DNA of 64,000 nucleotides from a virus: IMG/VR virus record IMGVR_UViG_3300036832_000775, positions 8,949 to 72,948 of that record; one strand, 5' to 3'. Shown piece by piece: positions 38,244 to 47,407 of this stretch (position 1 is its first letter; each line of letters starts with the position of its first letter). The notes under the pieces were generated by a model. It saw only the letters and a program-made list of their open reading frames with translations, ran no database searches and was not told where the DNA came from. The position numbers and the translations under genes were made by a program.

Positions 38244-41200
38244 CCACCCGCGGGCCGGAAGGTCCCAAACCAGCGCGGATCCCTGATCCTCTCGCCGTTC
38301 GGCCCCAAGATCGCATCATGGGCCTGATCCATCGTCATCTGGTTGTTCTGGTAAGCCCGCCAGATGCCGTTGGTGATGTCGGTTTGAGACGTAAAGTTCT
38401 TCTTTAGGTTCGTCTTGGCGCTCTTCTCTCCCGGCGTCCATCTGCCACGAAGCGCTTCCCAGGTGATCGATTGCATTTCGCGCGGCAGGATCCCCGCCTT
38501 TTCAGCCGCCCTGCGATAGGCCTCGGCGACGAACGGATAAAAGCCCTGGGCGCCAGTCTCGTTATGCGTCGGGCTGGCCGCCCCCATGCCAGACGCCGCC
38601 TCCGGCGCGCCCGCGCCCAGCGGACGTAGGAGAGCCGCCGCCACAGCGTGCGTGTCGCTGGTGACGTCGCCCTTCCGCGACCATGGCGCGATGATGTTGT
38701 TGAAGAACGAGCGCACTTTGTGGCCGCCGCCGAGCGCCTCTGAAATATCGCCCATGCTCTGAGCATGAAACGCCCGGATGGCGTTTGCGGCTTCGTTGGT
38801 CGAGCCCCACGAGACCGGGATTGGCTGGCCCGCGACGTTCTTATATTCATCGCTGTAGGCGGCGTTCACTCCGTCGTGGGTCCCGTCCGGATTGTTGATG
38901 TAATAGCCGTACTTGCGGTCGCCCTTGTCATCGATCCAATGCAGGGGCTCTCCCTTGGCTATTTCAATCTGCCTGCCGCCAGCGCCCTGCCATTTATAAT
39001 CCGCATCGCTGATCGGCATCAGATGATCCGGCGGCCCGTGCGCCTCGTAATAGGCGCGCGTGTAGAACGCCTTCTGTTCTGGGGTCATCTGACTCCAGGG
39101 CTTCCCGGCGACCTCGTCGAGCTGGCGGAGAACGTCCTGCTGACTGACACTGTTCGGGGACATCACCTCGCCAGTTTTGGCGTTGTATCGCGTCTCCTTG
39201 CCAGTCGCCTGGTCGACCTCAACCCGCTCCGGATCCTTGCGAAGAGCGTAGCGATTCACCCAGTCGGTCATATCCCCGGTCATCGTGGCGTCTGGCGCGG
39301 TCGTTCCGGCGGTATGCGCGACCCAATCCGCGAGCGTGACGTTCTGATCCCAGTCTTTCTGCGGCGACATTGCCGCCACAACGCCGGCTGCGTTCTCGTG
39401 CGGGATATCGTGGGTCAACGCGATATCGCGCGATCGGCCGTGCGCGCCCTCGTACCAGAGACGAGAACCGTTCTTCACCGCATCGCTTATTCGCTGGTAG
39501 AGACCGCTGATATTGTCGGTCATGTGCCCGATTAAGGCCTCATGGATCTCCGCATCGGTCGCGCCAGGCGCCACCTTGATGAAGGGGATCTTGCCGCTCC
39601 GGACCATGTCGGCGACGGCCTTGCCGTATCTCGGCCCCGCTTGCTTCACTAGGTCCATGCCGACGTGCGCGTCGTTGTTCGCGTGGGCGGCCTGTTCGGC
39701 CTCGATCGGCGCATTTGGGTCATCGTTCCACGGGACCGAGGTCCCGACCCGGCTCTCGGGGAACTCTGGGTCGATATGTCGTTTGACGCCGTTGATGTCC
39801 AAGACCTGGGCGCGAGGCGTTGCCGCGGCCGCCGAGACGTCAGACCCGGCACCGCCCAGGCGTGGCGCAGCTGCCTCCGGCACCCCATGCATGCCCATCG
39901 TCAGGTCACCGCCGAGCATCGGGTCGGATGCCAGCTCACTGCCAGCGCCATAAATGCCTTTCGCGAGATTCGCCTCGGTCTCTGGGCTCATCGTGCGCCA
40001 GCCGAACGCCGGGAACGGATCCGCGATAGTGCCAGCGATAGCTTTGGAGCCGAACTCGCCGGCCTTGCCGGCCGCGTAATCGAGGCCGCTCACTCCAGCG
40101 CTCACCTCGTCTCCCAGGGTCTTGCCCCATCGGCCGTACCAAGTTGTCGGCTCGGTCGGAGCTGCCTCCGGCTGCGGATATTGCTCGGGGTGCGCTTGCC
40201 GGAATTGCTCCGCCTGGGCCTCTTGCTGCGCTCGAGCTTGAGCGTTCGCCGTGAACGCATCCTGGCTCTGATCGTCAGGAGCTCCGCCGGCCTGGAAGCC
40301 ATGGCGCGGCTGCATCAGCAGCTCGAGGCGACGGCGCAGGGCTTCGCTCTCAGAGACGCTGCCGCCGGCCGCGCGCGGCAAGATGTCCTGGCCCCAGCGC
40401 CAGCGGCCAGGCGAGCCCCACCACTGCATCGAGCGGGGCGCGCGCTCCATTTCGGCCGGATGGAAGTCGCGGCGCACGTCCATTGGCAAACCAAACCGGC
40501 CTTCGCCGGTATTGGCCGCCTGGACCTCGCCCGCGCTAGTGCCGTAGGCCATGCCCTTCGCGGTCTCGATTAGCTCAGCGCGCGGCTTGCTCTTGTATTC
40601 CTTCTGGTTGAGCAACCACAGAAGCGCTTTTTGGCCAGGTGAGCCTTGTTGGTGCACCCCCTGCACATTCGGATTGGTGCCAGGAGGCCAGCCTTCGATA
40701 TCTTGGACCGCATGCTGGCCTTCGTGAGCGAGCGTCGGGTAGGCCTCCCCGGGCGGCATGTCGGCGTTCAGGACGAAAGCCTTGGCGTCACGGTTGTAGC
40801 CGCCGAGGACGTCGCCCATGTGCTCCTTGCCGAGGAACCGGACCGGCATGTCGGCGAGCTCGGGGTAATTCTCGTAGAGCTCGGGGTGCTCGTAGACCTC
40901 CGACAATTTGTAGACGTCGCCAGGGCGGCCCCATTTTGAGTAGTCCGGCGGGTGAGTTGGGTCGGCGATCTCGGTATGCCAGTTGCCTTCCGGATCCTGG
41001 CCCCAGACATGGCGGTTCCAGACGTCGTAGGGGTGATCGCCGGCCTGCAGGCCCGCTTTCGCGGCGGCGAGGGCGTCGCGATCGACGTTTCGAGCGCCCG
41101 TGCCCAGGAACATCGCGCCGATCGGCGCGACCGAATGCGCGATCGTGGGCGCAGCTGCGTGCAAGGCGGGAGCGACGAACTTACCGACGTCAGGGACCGC

Positions 41201-42265
41201 GCCAACGCCGGACAGGGCGGCCTGGCCATAGTCGCCTTCGCTCCCATAGTGGTAGGCGTCAGCGCCGGACAGGACCTGGCCGCTGATGGGCGCGTAGTTC
41301 GCGACCGTCGAGGCGAGGGTCCCAAGGCCCCGCGGGCCGCCCATGCTTTCCGCGCCGGTTTCCAGCCCATGCTGAAGGCGTTCGGACGGAGGGAGGTCGG
41401 CGGGGCCGATCGTCCCGATGCCGCCCTGCGCCAGGATGTCCTTCGAGGTCATCGGCGGCGGCGCGTCGGGGACCTGGGCTCCAGCGTCTGGATCGACCTC
41501 GCCCAGGTCGGTGACGCCGCCGTCCTGATAGTCGATGCGGCCGCCGGCAGCTCGCGTCGCGAAGGCGTCAGGGTCATGCCAGCCTGGCCCCTGTTCCCGG
41601 CCGACGAAGGTCGTATTGCCGATCTTCTCGCGGTTCAGCGCGGCGAGCGGTCCCGCCCAGCTCGGCGGCCGCGGCATGACCCCGTAATAATGGGTGGCGC
41701 CATAGGTCGGATCTGGGGTCGCGCCGCTGTAGACCTTGTCGACGAGGCGGCCGATGCGCGCGTAGTCACCAGGCCGATCGCGCTGCAGCGTATTGATCGT
41801 CGGCTGGCCTTCTGTCGCGCGGCCGGTGTTCCATGGAGAGAACTCATGGTAGCCGAGGCGCGGATTGACCCCTTCAGCCGGGGCCTTGACGACGCCCTCG
41901 ATGCCTTGGCCGTAGCCGCCAGATCTGACCCGGTTAAGGATGGCGTGCGTGACGCCGGCCTTGCCGAGCTCGGGCTCGCCTCGAGCCTCACCGTAGACGG
42001 TCTTGACCAGGAGATCGCGGTCGCTTGGGCTCAGCGGCGGCGGATTCCAGCCCAGCGGGGGCGCTACGGGATAGCGCGCGTCTCCGCCAATGCCGGAAGG
42101 CGGTTGAGGCTGCCTGGAGGCGAGCCGGAGCTCATCTGGAGGAGCTGAAAACGGATCGTGGTCGACTGGCGCGACGTCATAGTCGTTCGGCGACGACGCC
42201 ATCGAGCCGAAAGGGTTCCCCTCGACCGGATCAACGTCATAGTCGCCGAGGTCGCTACCCGCCAT
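38234..42265 (-). CDS. Polyvalent virion protein: SleB-like cell-wall hydrolase, LPD23-like/zincin domain, glycosylase-like C-domain
   Basis: TVYGEARGE...ILNRV...DPTYGATHYY; HPELYENYPEL...HEGQHAVQDIEG; SPQKDWDQNV...KVRSFFNNI...DTHA...QSITW. Confidence 0.75.
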   Translation of the reverse strand: MAGSDLGDYDVDPVEGNPFGSMASSPNDYDVAPVDHDPFSAPPDELRLASRQPQPPSGIGGDARYPVAPPLGWNPPPLSPSDRDLLVKTVYGEARGEPELGKAGVTHAILNRVRSGGYGQGIEGVVKAPAEGVNPRLGYHEFSPWNTGRATEGQPTINTLQRDRPGDYARIGRLVDKVYSGATPDPTYGATHYYGVMPRPPSWAGPLAALNREKIGNTTFVGREQGPGWHDPDAFATRAAGGRIDYQDGGVTDLGEVDPDAGAQVPDAPPPMTSKDILAQGGIGTIGPADLPPSERLQHGLETGAESMGGPRGLGTLASTVANYAPISGQVLSGADAYHYGSEGDYGQAALSGVGAVPDVGKFVAPALHAAAPTIAHSVAPIGAMFLGTGARNVDRDALAAAKAGLQAGDHPYDVWNRHVWGQDPEGNWHTEIADPTHPPDYSKWGRPGDVYKLSEVYEHPELYENYPELADMPVRFLGKEHMGDVLGGYNRDAKAFVLNADMPPGEAYPTLAHEGQHAVQDIEGWPPGTNPNVQGVHQQGSPGQKALLWLLNQKEYKSKPRAELIETAKGMAYGTSAGEVQAANTGEGRFGLPMDVRRDFHPAEMERAPRSMQWWGSPGRWRWGQDILPRAAGGSVSESEALRRRLELLMQPRHGFQAGGAPDDQSQDAFTANAQARAQQEAQAEQFRQAHPEQYPQPEAAPTEPTTWYGRWGKTLGDEVSAGVSGLDYAAGKAGEFGSKAIAGTIADPFPAFGWRTMSPETEANLAKGIYGAGSELASDPMLGGDLTMGMHGVPEAAAPRLGGAGSDVSAAAATPRAQVLDINGVKRHIDPEFPESRVGTSVPWNDDPNAPIEAEQAAHANNDAHVGMDLVKQAGPRYGKAVADMVRSGKIPFIKVAPGATDAEIHEALIGHMTDNISGLYQRISDAVKNGSRLWYEGAHGRSRDIALTHDIPHENAAGVVAAMSPQKDWDQNVTLADWVAHTAGTTAPDATMTGDMTDWVNRYALRKDPERVEVDQATGKETRYNAKTGEVMSPNSVSQQDVLRQLDEVAGKPWSQMTPEQKAFYTRAYYEAHGPPDHLMPISDADYKWQGAGGRQIEIAKGEPLHWIDDKGDRKYGYYINNPDGTHDGVNAAYSDEYKNVAGQPIPVSWGSTNEAANAIRAFHAQSMGDISEALGGGHKVRSFFNNIIAPWSRKGDVTSDTHAVAAALLRPLGAGAPEAASGMGAASPTHNETGAQGFYPFVAEAYRRAAEKAGILPREMQSITWEALRGRWTPGEKSAKTNLKKNFTSQTDITNGIWRAYQNNQMTMDQAHDAILGPNGERIRDPRWFGTFRPAGGQP

Positions 42266-42431
42266 CAGCCATCTCGAAACCGGCCCGCTCGTAGAGGAAA
42301 TCGTCGAGCGGCGTGTACTCGTCGTCGTCCCAATAGTGGGACAGGTCGATCCATTCCTTGACCCATTCCCAGAGCTTCGCTGCGCCGTAATTCGCTTCTA
42401 GGGCCGCGAGCATCCCAGATTCGTCGCTCAT
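42255..42431 (-). CDS. 58-aa acidic protein between portal and polyvalent gene
   Basis: ATGA-coupled to portal; MSDESGML...AGFEMADGG*. Confidence 0.55.
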   Translation of the reverse strand: MSDESGMLAALEANYGAAKLWEWVKEWIDLSHYWDDDEYTPLDDFLYERAGFEMADGG

Positions 42432-45238
42432 TTTCGTCGGATTCTGAAGTACTGGCCCGTGCGAGGATGCTGGACGTAGAACTCGCCGTCCGGCGCGCGC
42501 CGCGCGAGCCCGTAAGGCGTGTCGATATGATGCTGGACCGAGCCGCCGGCCGCGCGTTGCGTTCTCGAGCTCGAGCTCGCCGGTCTCGGCTTCGCTTTCA
42601 CCTCCTGCAGGCGCGCGCGATGCTCTTCCTGGCCCATCTGGGCCTCGTGCCGCTCTTCGCGCTGCGTGACCTGGTCCTCGTGAGCCTGTTCTTGCTGACC
42701 CATCGAGCGCTCGTGCGCCTGGGTGCGGTCCGTCATCATCGATTCATGCTGTCGGCCGCGCTCTTCGCGCTGCGATTCCATCTGCTGTTCGCGCGCGCCC
42801 ATCACTTGCTCATGCTGACGGTCCTGCGCGCCCATGACCATGTCGGTCTGCGCCTTCTGCGCGCCCATCACGCGATCGTGCATCTGTTCTTGCTGGCCCA
42901 TCTGGGCCTCATGCTGGCGATCGACCGCGTGCAGCTGCTGTTCGTGCGCCCAACCGCCTCTCTCGAGGTTCATTTCGTGCGCCTGGTCGCGCAATTGCGT
43001 CGCGGTGTCATGCGCGCGATCGAACTGGTTCTGCTGACCCTCGAATTGCTGCTTCTGCCGTTCCATGAGCGGCTTCCGCGCCTCGTTGGAGGCCTGCGCA
43101 TGCGCCGTTTGGGTCGCGAGCTGCTGTTTCTGCAGCCCCATCTTCGACGTCGCGATCTTCACTTGCGCGTCGACCATATGTTGCTGGTTGTCCATCGGCA
43201 CGTTTTGCTTGTCGAGCTCCAGCTGACCGGCCTTTGTCTGCGCGTCGAGCATCGAAGCCTGCCCGGTGAGCATTGCAGCTTGCGCTTTCGGATCCGGCGG
43301 CGGCCCTTGCGGCACTGGGTTCAAGTACTGATCCGGGTTCGCGAACCCGATTCCGCGAATGCATGTGCGGCGAATCACCAAGACGTTGAAAGCGCCAGGC
43401 TCATCCTTCGCCATTTGATAAAGAGCCGCATTCCTCAACATGCGCTGCAGATGCGAGGCCGTGTTTGGGTCGGCCTTGGTGACGATCGAGTTCTCGTTGA
43501 TCGCCTGCAGGAATAATTGCTCGTCCCACGAGAGGTTCGCCGGCATCTGAGGGCCGGAGCTCGCCTTCTTCTTCTGACGCCGGACCGTGCGCAGGAAGGA
43601 TTCGGGATCCTCGCGGAAGCGATCGACCAGGAGCTGCAGCTCATCGCTCTGCGCCGCGCACAAGCGCTTGTGGGTCGCGAGGAGCGGTTTGATGGCTTGT
43701 TCGATTAACGCCAAGGTCGTGCCAACCGGGGCGTCCTGTCGCCCCTCGCCAACCATCACCTCGGCAGTCCCTCCGAGGCTCTTGCCCTGTTCATTGAGCT
43801 GCTGAACGAAGCCCACCCAGACCGCGTCGGGGCTGCGGTAGGGCATGCCCATTGCGACTTGCTGGATCGGTAGTCCGCCAGTCTCGACTTCAGCCGAGCC
43901 GCCTGGCGGAATGCGGAATATGTTGTTATTCTGTCTAGCGGCCCCCTTGGCAACTAGAAGCCCTGGGAAATTGGCGAACATGCCAGCATCGACGATCTCT
44001 CGCCAAGCAGCGGTTATGCCATTAGTAATATTGCCAAGTAGATGAGACAGCCCAATAGCATAAAATCCGAACCCACGGATAAAGGGAAACTGGACAAAAT
44101 AGGTCTTGGGCAGACACATTTCGTCGTCTTCATTGTAGTTTCTTCTGAGCTCGACGATTGTTCTTGTCTCTCTGTGTATGACGGCCTTGTAGGGGACCGC
44201 CAGGCCGTCAGGTGATCCGTCGGTCTCATGCTCGAAGCCATCGAGGTCCAGCTCGCAGTAGGTCTCCAGAAATTCGTGTTCGCGATCGTCTTGCTCCCAG
44301 CTGTCGTATTTACGCACGCCGGAGATTTGCTCGCTCTGCAGCTCGGTCGCTGACTTCTCGATGTAGCCTGGCGTGGATAGGTCGACGTCGCGCCAGGCGC
44401 CGCAGATCTGCATGCGCTTGACCATCGAAGGGCGCATAAACACGCGGTGCGTGATCCGGCCCGCATCGTAGATCGAGGTTGCGCTATTGTTGACGATCAG
44501 GTCATCGCCAAACACCGCGCGAGAGATTGGCCGGCGGAGGATCGGATCGTGGCACACCTTCTTGAAGACGCATCCATCGAGCCCCACGCGCAACAACATC
44601 TGATCTGTGTCGGGAATCCAGGGCTTGTCGACGACGGTCAGATAGTGATTGAGATCGTGCTCCAGAGCGTCGGCGAGGTCGTCGAGTGCTGGAGTCGCGC
44701 CCGCCGTGTCCTCGGAGACTTTCGCGGGTCCGTCGGTTGGGCAAAGTTCAGCGAAGGCATTGGCCCCGAATCGTATCACTGCCTCCGCCAGTAGCGTGGC
44801 GCGGATCTGCGATTGACCTTCGAGCGGAGCTGAGCCCTCGGAGCCGCTCGATCGCATCGATTCGATGCGCAGGCCCATGAGCTCCATGCCGCGAGCTCGC
44901 GTGTCGAGCCATTCACGGCGTGATTCGTTGTCTTGATCGATTAGGCGGATGAGCTCGTCGGCGAGTCCGTTGAGCTGCGTGTCGGGGAGCACCTCGGCGA
45001 GGTTATCGTCGAACTCGGTGTCTTCCTTCGCGATGCGCGGCGGCCCGATATAGACGATGACGCCGCCGTCATCGGTCTCGATCTTAGTGGCTTTGTCGTA
45101 ATCGATGCCGCCGTCATCGTCTGAGAGGTCGACGTCCCTCGGCGTGAAGAGACTCGACATGTCGTCGTCGTCATCAAAGCTGCCGTCAATAGGGCTCGGC
45201 GGCAGCCTGATCGCCCCAAGACCACCGAGCCCAGCCAT
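42428..45238 (-). CDS. Portal protein with extended C-terminal barrel
   Basis: FDDNLAE, SRREW, GCVFKKV, GFGFYAIGL, DAPVGTTLALIE; Q/H/E-rich tail. Confidence 0.9.
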   Translation of the reverse strand: MAGLGGLGAIRLPPSPIDGSFDDDDDMSSLFTPRDVDLSDDDGGIDYDKATKIETDDGGVIVYIGPPRIAKEDTEFDDNLAEVLPDTQLNGLADELIRLIDQDNESRREWLDTRARGMELMGLRIESMRSSGSEGSAPLEGQSQIRATLLAEAVIRFGANAFAELCPTDGPAKVSEDTAGATPALDDLADALEHDLNHYLTVVDKPWIPDTDQMLLRVGLDGCVFKKVCHDPILRRPISRAVFGDDLIVNNSATSIYDAGRITHRVFMRPSMVKRMQICGAWRDVDLSTPGYIEKSATELQSEQISGVRKYDSWEQDDREHEFLETYCELDLDGFEHETDGSPDGLAVPYKAVIHRETRTIVELRRNYNEDDEMCLPKTYFVQFPFIRGFGFYAIGLSHLLGNITNGITAAWREIVDAGMFANFPGLLVAKGAARQNNNIFRIPPGGSAEVETGGLPIQQVAMGMPYRSPDAVWVGFVQQLNEQGKSLGGTAEVMVGEGRQDAPVGTTLALIEQAIKPLLATHKRLCAAQSDELQLLVDRFREDPESFLRTVRRQKKKASSGPQMPANLSWDEQLFLQAINENSIVTKADPNTASHLQRMLRNAALYQMAKDEPGAFNVLVIRRTCIRGIGFANPDQYLNPVPQGPPPDPKAQAAMLTGQASMLDAQTKAGQLELDKQNVPMDNQQHMVDAQVKIATSKMGLQKQQLATQTAHAQASNEARKPLMERQKQQFEGQQNQFDRAHDTATQLRDQAHEMNLERGGWAHEQQLHAVDRQHEAQMGQQEQMHDRVMGAQKAQTDMVMGAQDRQHEQVMGAREQQMESQREERGRQHESMMTDRTQAHERSMGQQEQAHEDQVTQREERHEAQMGQEEHRARLQEVKAKPRPASSSSRTQRAAGGSVQHHIDTPYGLARRAPDGEFYVQHPRTGQYFRIRRK

Positions 45239-45246
45239 GACGGACC

Positions 45247-45555
45247 TCAGTCAGCGACGAGAACCAATTCCTGGCCAAGAACCTTCTTTTCCAGCTCTTC
45301 GTCAAGCGGCTGCGCCAGGCAGAGCGTATTGTGCAGGCGCGTCGCCGCGATCCATTTGTCCGGCGGATCGCCCTTCTTCTTGAGCCGGTGGCCTGCCTGG
45401 AAGAGGTTTTTGACCTCGTCCTTGTCGACGACCTTCTCTTCCGGCTTTTTCTCCTCAGTTGAGGCGTCTTTCTTCTCGGACTCTTTTGCGGGCGGGGTAG
45501 GCGCGCCGCGAGGCGGTTGCTGCTGCGGCGGGGGTTGCTGTGGTGTCGTTGCCAT
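45247..45555 (-). CDS. Hypothetical protein
   Basis: AAGGAGG RBS before MATTPQQ. Confidence 0.7.
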   Translation of the reverse strand: MATTPQQPPPQQQPPRGAPTPPAKESEKKDASTEEKKPEEKVVDKDEVKNLFQAGHRLKKKGDPPDKWIAATRLHNTLCLAQPLDEELEKKVLGQELVLVAD

Positions 45556-45606
45556 GGGAGTGCCTCCTTCGAGGGCGCGGATTCCGCGCATCGAAGGGGA
45601 GGTTCG

Positions 45607-45804
45607 TCAAGAGGTCCGCTGAACGGTCACACTGAAAGTCTGACCCCGAAAGCGGAAATGCGTCGATCCGCCGGAGCTGCCGATGATTTCGACGCCTTGC
45701 TGCGCCGTGAGGGCGGACGCGAGCGTCTTCGCCCAGACGAGGAGCCCCGCGTCGACTGGCGGGGCGCGATTAACCAGCGGCGGTTTCCTTTTCTCGTCAG
45801 CCAT
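45607..45804 (-). CDS. Hypothetical protein
   Basis: Coupled small ORF. Confidence 0.6.
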   Translation of the reverse strand: MADEKRKPPLVNRAPPVDAGLLVWAKTLASALTAQQGVEIIGSSGGSTHFRFRGQTFSVTVQRTS

Positions 45805-46039
45805 GACGCGCCGGTCTCCCCATCGATGGTCTCTTCGCCGCGCCGCCGATCGCCAGCGGCTTCGCGTGTCGCTCCTTACGCGACATCTTGCCGCGTTTCA
45901 CGCCAAGCTTAGTCGGTTGGTTCGTTCCGGGGCGAAGCTCTCCGGCCTTTTGGAGAGTAGACGTTGCGACAGCCCACGGATTGACGTCGGGGCTCGATTT
46001 TTTGATCGCTTTAACCGCCTTGTCCAAGATCGCGGGCAT
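45797..46039 (-). CDS. Small basic protein
   Basis: WAVATSTLQKAG...TKLGVKRG; LAIGG. Confidence 0.7.
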   Translation of the reverse strand: MPAILDKAVKAIKKSSPDVNPWAVATSTLQKAGELRPGTNQPTKLGVKRGKMSRKERHAKPLAIGGAAKRPSMGRPARHG

Positions 46040-46289
46040 CGTCGCCTCCTTCGCCGATCACGAGCATCCCTCGCAACCCGGCGTGCTTCAAGATGACCAT
46101 CGCAAACTGGATCGCCTGATCGCGTGGGAGGGAAAGCCATGCGACCGGTTTGCCGAAATCGAGCCGCACCATAGGCGTGCCAACCGGCGCCGGATGGCCG
46201 CTGAGCGCGACGTTGATTCCACCTTCATCATCGTCGCTGAGCTTCCCGTGCGGGAAGTCGCCGGTCGGGCCGAGCTTCGACTCGTTCAA
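46011..46289 (-). CDS. Hypothetical protein
   Basis: TTG start coupled to upstream stop; GPTGDFPHGKLSDDDEGG. Confidence 0.65.
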   Translation of the reverse strand: MNESKLGPTGDFPHGKLSDDDEGGINVALSGHPAPVGTPMVRLDFGKPVAWLSLPRDQAIQFAMVILKHAGLRGMLVIGEGGDDARDLGQGG

Positions 46290-46606
46290 TTGACGCCTCC
46301 CATCTGCCGGCGCACGTAGTCCTGGGCGAAGGCCTCGCACAGCGCAGCGTAGAAAGCGCGCGGGGTGAAGTACTTGAGATACTCGCCGCTGCCGATCTCT
46401 TCCTCGGAGCACGCGATGAGATGGACCGGGCCGTCGCGGATAATCTCGTCGATTCCGTTGGTGAAGAAGAGTCCATCCGGCGTGTGCGTGACGTTGAGCT
46501 GGACGCCGTGCAGCTCGCCGATCTTCTTCGCGATCTGATCGAGGACCGGCCGAACCTCGAAGGCGCTGCGAATCTTCGCCTGGCCGCGCAGCTGGTGCTC
46601 GCTCAT
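46286..46606 (-). CDS. Hypothetical protein
   Basis: Coupled ORF. Confidence 0.65.
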   Translation of the reverse strand: MSEHQLRGQAKIRSAFEVRPVLDQIAKKIGELHGVQLNVTHTPDGLFFTNGIDEIIRDGPVHLIACSEEEIGSGEYLKYFTPRAFYAALCEAFAQDYVRRQMGGVN

Positions 46607-46872
46607 GCCTTGCCTTTCATTTCTGGCTGTCCCTCGAAGCGCGCGATCTGCTCCTTCAGCATGGTGACGACGTCTTGGCGATCCGCGCCGTTGGAGATGT
46701 AATTGCAGCGGCCTTCCTTCTCGCCGAACGGGAACACCAGAAGCACGAAACCAGTCTTACGCTCCTTGCCTCTGAGACCCTCGTTAAACGTATCGTCGAG
46801 CGCCCGCGCGATGCCGTTCATCATATCGCGATATTCGTCCTCGATGGGCGCGTCGCCAAGACGTTCGCTCAT
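46603..46872 (-). CDS. Hypothetical phage protein
   Basis: GFVLLVFPF...CNYISNGADRQDV. Confidence 0.7.
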   Translation of the reverse strand: MSERLGDAPIEDEYRDMMNGIARALDDTFNEGLRGKERKTGFVLLVFPFGEKEGRCNYISNGADRQDVVTMLKEQIARFEGQPEMKGKA

Positions 46873-47192
46873 GACCAACGCAGCCTTTCGTCGCTCTCCT
46901 CTTCGATCCGCTTCACCCAGTGGCGCACGTAATCCGGGTCATGGTCGTTGATGTCGACCCACATCGGCCCCAGCGGGCGTGGCCACGCATGCAGCTTAAG
47001 CTCATGGTACGGGGCGGAGCGCGGGACCGGGCAGCCGCCGATATCGACCGTGTCGAACAACCAATTGATTGGTACGTACATCGGCATGAAGCGCTTGCTG
47101 ATCTTCATCAGCGGCGCGACGCGGATCACCGCCGGAGCGGCGACGAGCGCTGCGAGCCCAGTGATGAATCCGCGTCGGCCGAGCTCGATCAC
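46869..47192 (-). CDS. Small protein with twin-arginine-like N-terminus
   Basis: GRRGFITGLAALVAAPAVIR..LM. Confidence 0.7.
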   Translation of the reverse strand: MIELGRRGFITGLAALVAAPAVIRVAPLMKISKRFMPMYVPINWLFDTVDIGGCPVPRSAPYHELKLHAWPRPLGPMWVDINDHDPDYVRHWVKRIEEESDERLRWS

Positions 47193-47407
47193 TGCAAGTC
47201 TCGCAGCGCTGAAATGACCTCTTGGATGGCAGCGCGCGGGATCAGAACGCCCTCGGCGTCATGATGCCAGAGATTCGTGATCTGGATGTAGTCGTCGTCC
47301 TCGAAGTCCTCGACTTTGGTGTTCTGCGCCTCGCCGTTCTCGTCGTCGTGCTTGATCAACATCGGCCCCTCCCCTTCACGGCGTCCTCGATCCTTCGATC
47401 TCCACAA
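47189..47407 (-). CDS. Small acidic protein (start uncertain)
   Basis: Fills the gap in the operon. Confidence 0.5.
   Translation of the reverse strand: MWRSKDRGRREGEGPMLIKHDDENGEAQNTKVEDFEDDDYIQITNLWHHDAEGVLIPRAAIQEVISALRDLQ

Noticed and set aside
32442-45238. Introns or inteins in capsid or portal
   Set aside because: Frames are continuous with no splicing motifs despite the AT-rich patches.
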